A DNA stretch of 45,801 bases from an uncultured Bacilli bacterium (GTDB taxonomy: Bacteria; Bacillota_I; Bacilli_A; RF39; UBA660). Position numbers and translations under genes: made by a program. The stretch is from the NCBI GenBank assembly GCA_944358625.1, contig CALVRL010000002.1, positions 1 through 45,801 of the forward strand, in the 5' to 3' direction. Every line of letters begins with the position of its first letter. Position 1 is the stretch's first letter. This document shows positions 45,344 through 45,801 of this stretch, in pieces. The notes beneath the pieces are model-generated. The model ran no database searches and was not told the origin of the DNA. It worked only from the letters and a program-made list of their open reading frames with translations.

Positions 45344-45789
45344 TGTTCAGCCTTTTCTATAGTTATAATTAAATCTGCATATTCTTTACATTTATCTATA
45401 CTTTTATCAATAGTATATGAACTTTCACAATAACTTACTATAATAACTTTATTTAAATTAACAGCTAATTCTTTTAATAGGCTGAGTAGAGTAGTGGCTT
45501 CTTTATTTAATGAATATGATAATAATTGAAGATAATCTATAACAATAATTTCATATTTATTAATTATCTTATCTATTATTGAAAAGTCATCTATGCGTTT
45601 GAGATATACATCTATGTTATCACTTAATTTTAATCTACTAATAGTAGAACCTTCTAAATCTATGAAACACATTGTTTTGTCTTTTATAGAATTAGATATA
45701 TCTACTAAAAAAGTAGATTTACCACTTCCAGCTTTTCCATTTACTAAAATTAAATTCTTGTTTTTTAATGTCTCCATATATTTTATCAT
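45340..45789 (-). CDS. minimal RecA/DnaB-C-terminal-like P-loop ATPase (149 aa)
   Basis: Walker A is LVNGKAGSGKSTF. Walker B is IIVIDYLQLL, the DnaB-type IDYLQL motif. No N-terminal helicase domain is present. Confidence 0.6.
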   Translation of the reverse strand: MIKYMETLKNKNLILVNGKAGSGKSTFLVDISNSIKDKTMCFIDLEGSTISRLKLSDNIDVYLKRIDDFSIIDKIINKYEIIVIDYLQLLSYSLNKEATTLLSLLKELAVNLNKVIIVSYCESSYTIDKSIDKCKEYADLIITIEKAEQ

Positions 45790-45801
45790 CTCTCTTTCTT
45801 T

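Larger units (their letters stand above)
37790..45801. mobile_element. integrated element (prophage-like/island) inserted in spoIVA; right end lies beyond the window
   Basis: The left junction falls where spoIVA similarity stops (about 37798-37815). The content is a large serine recombinase, a prim-pol/helicase, a small serine recombinase, an Xis-like HTH protein, a RecA/DnaB-like ATPase and orphan ORFs. Confidence 0.75.

Noticed and set aside
1-45801. Search for CRISPR arrays, rRNA/tRNA genes, riboswitches/T-boxes and IS elements
   Set aside because: I saw no regularly spaced direct repeats, no GC-rich structured RNA-like islands, and no transposase-like ORFs or terminal inverted repeats. 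Absence is judged by eye only and should be confirmed with Infernal/tRNAscan/ISfinder-type tools.

Overview
Very AT-rich chromosome segment of an endospore-forming Firmicute with Bacillus-like gene order: spoVG-veg-yabG, ftsEX, prfB, nrdDG, rny, greA-yrrO/yrrN/yrrM-mltG-ruvX, recU-ponA, nth-dnaD, cca and hbs-spoIVA. Positions 1 to about 37.5 kb carry conserved housekeeping, envelope and sporulation genes, nearly all on the minus strand. A few small accessory insertions interrupt them at 8.6-11.2 kb, 21.4-22.7 kb and 27.5-30.1 kb. From about 37.8 kb to the right edge lies an integrated element. It carries a large serine recombinase, a prim-pol/helicase, a second small serine recombinase, an Xis-like HTH protein, a small RecA/DnaB-like ATPase and orphan genes. 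This element splits the sporulation gene spoIVA, and only the last ~95 codons of spoIVA are in the window. No rRNA, tRNA or CRISPR array was seen. Five things merit follow-up. (1) The spoIVA-interrupting, skin/SPbeta-style element and its cargo, including a 430-aa orphan on the opposite strand preceded by a structured non-coding region. (2) Two tandem unannotated type I toxin-antitoxin-like modules between rny and greA, with compensatory 5'/3' UTR pairing. (3) An anaerobic ribonucleotide reductase whose glycyl-radical domain is a separate 55-aa ORF, in frame behind a TAG stop, with its own SD and coupled to nrdG. (4) A palindrome-plus-T-tract module shared by two divergent promoter regions in front of cell-wall-modifying genes. 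(5) The programmed +1 frameshift in prfB, which the ORF track misses. All calls come from reading the sequence and recalling family motifs; no searches were run. RNA ends and att boundaries are approximate.
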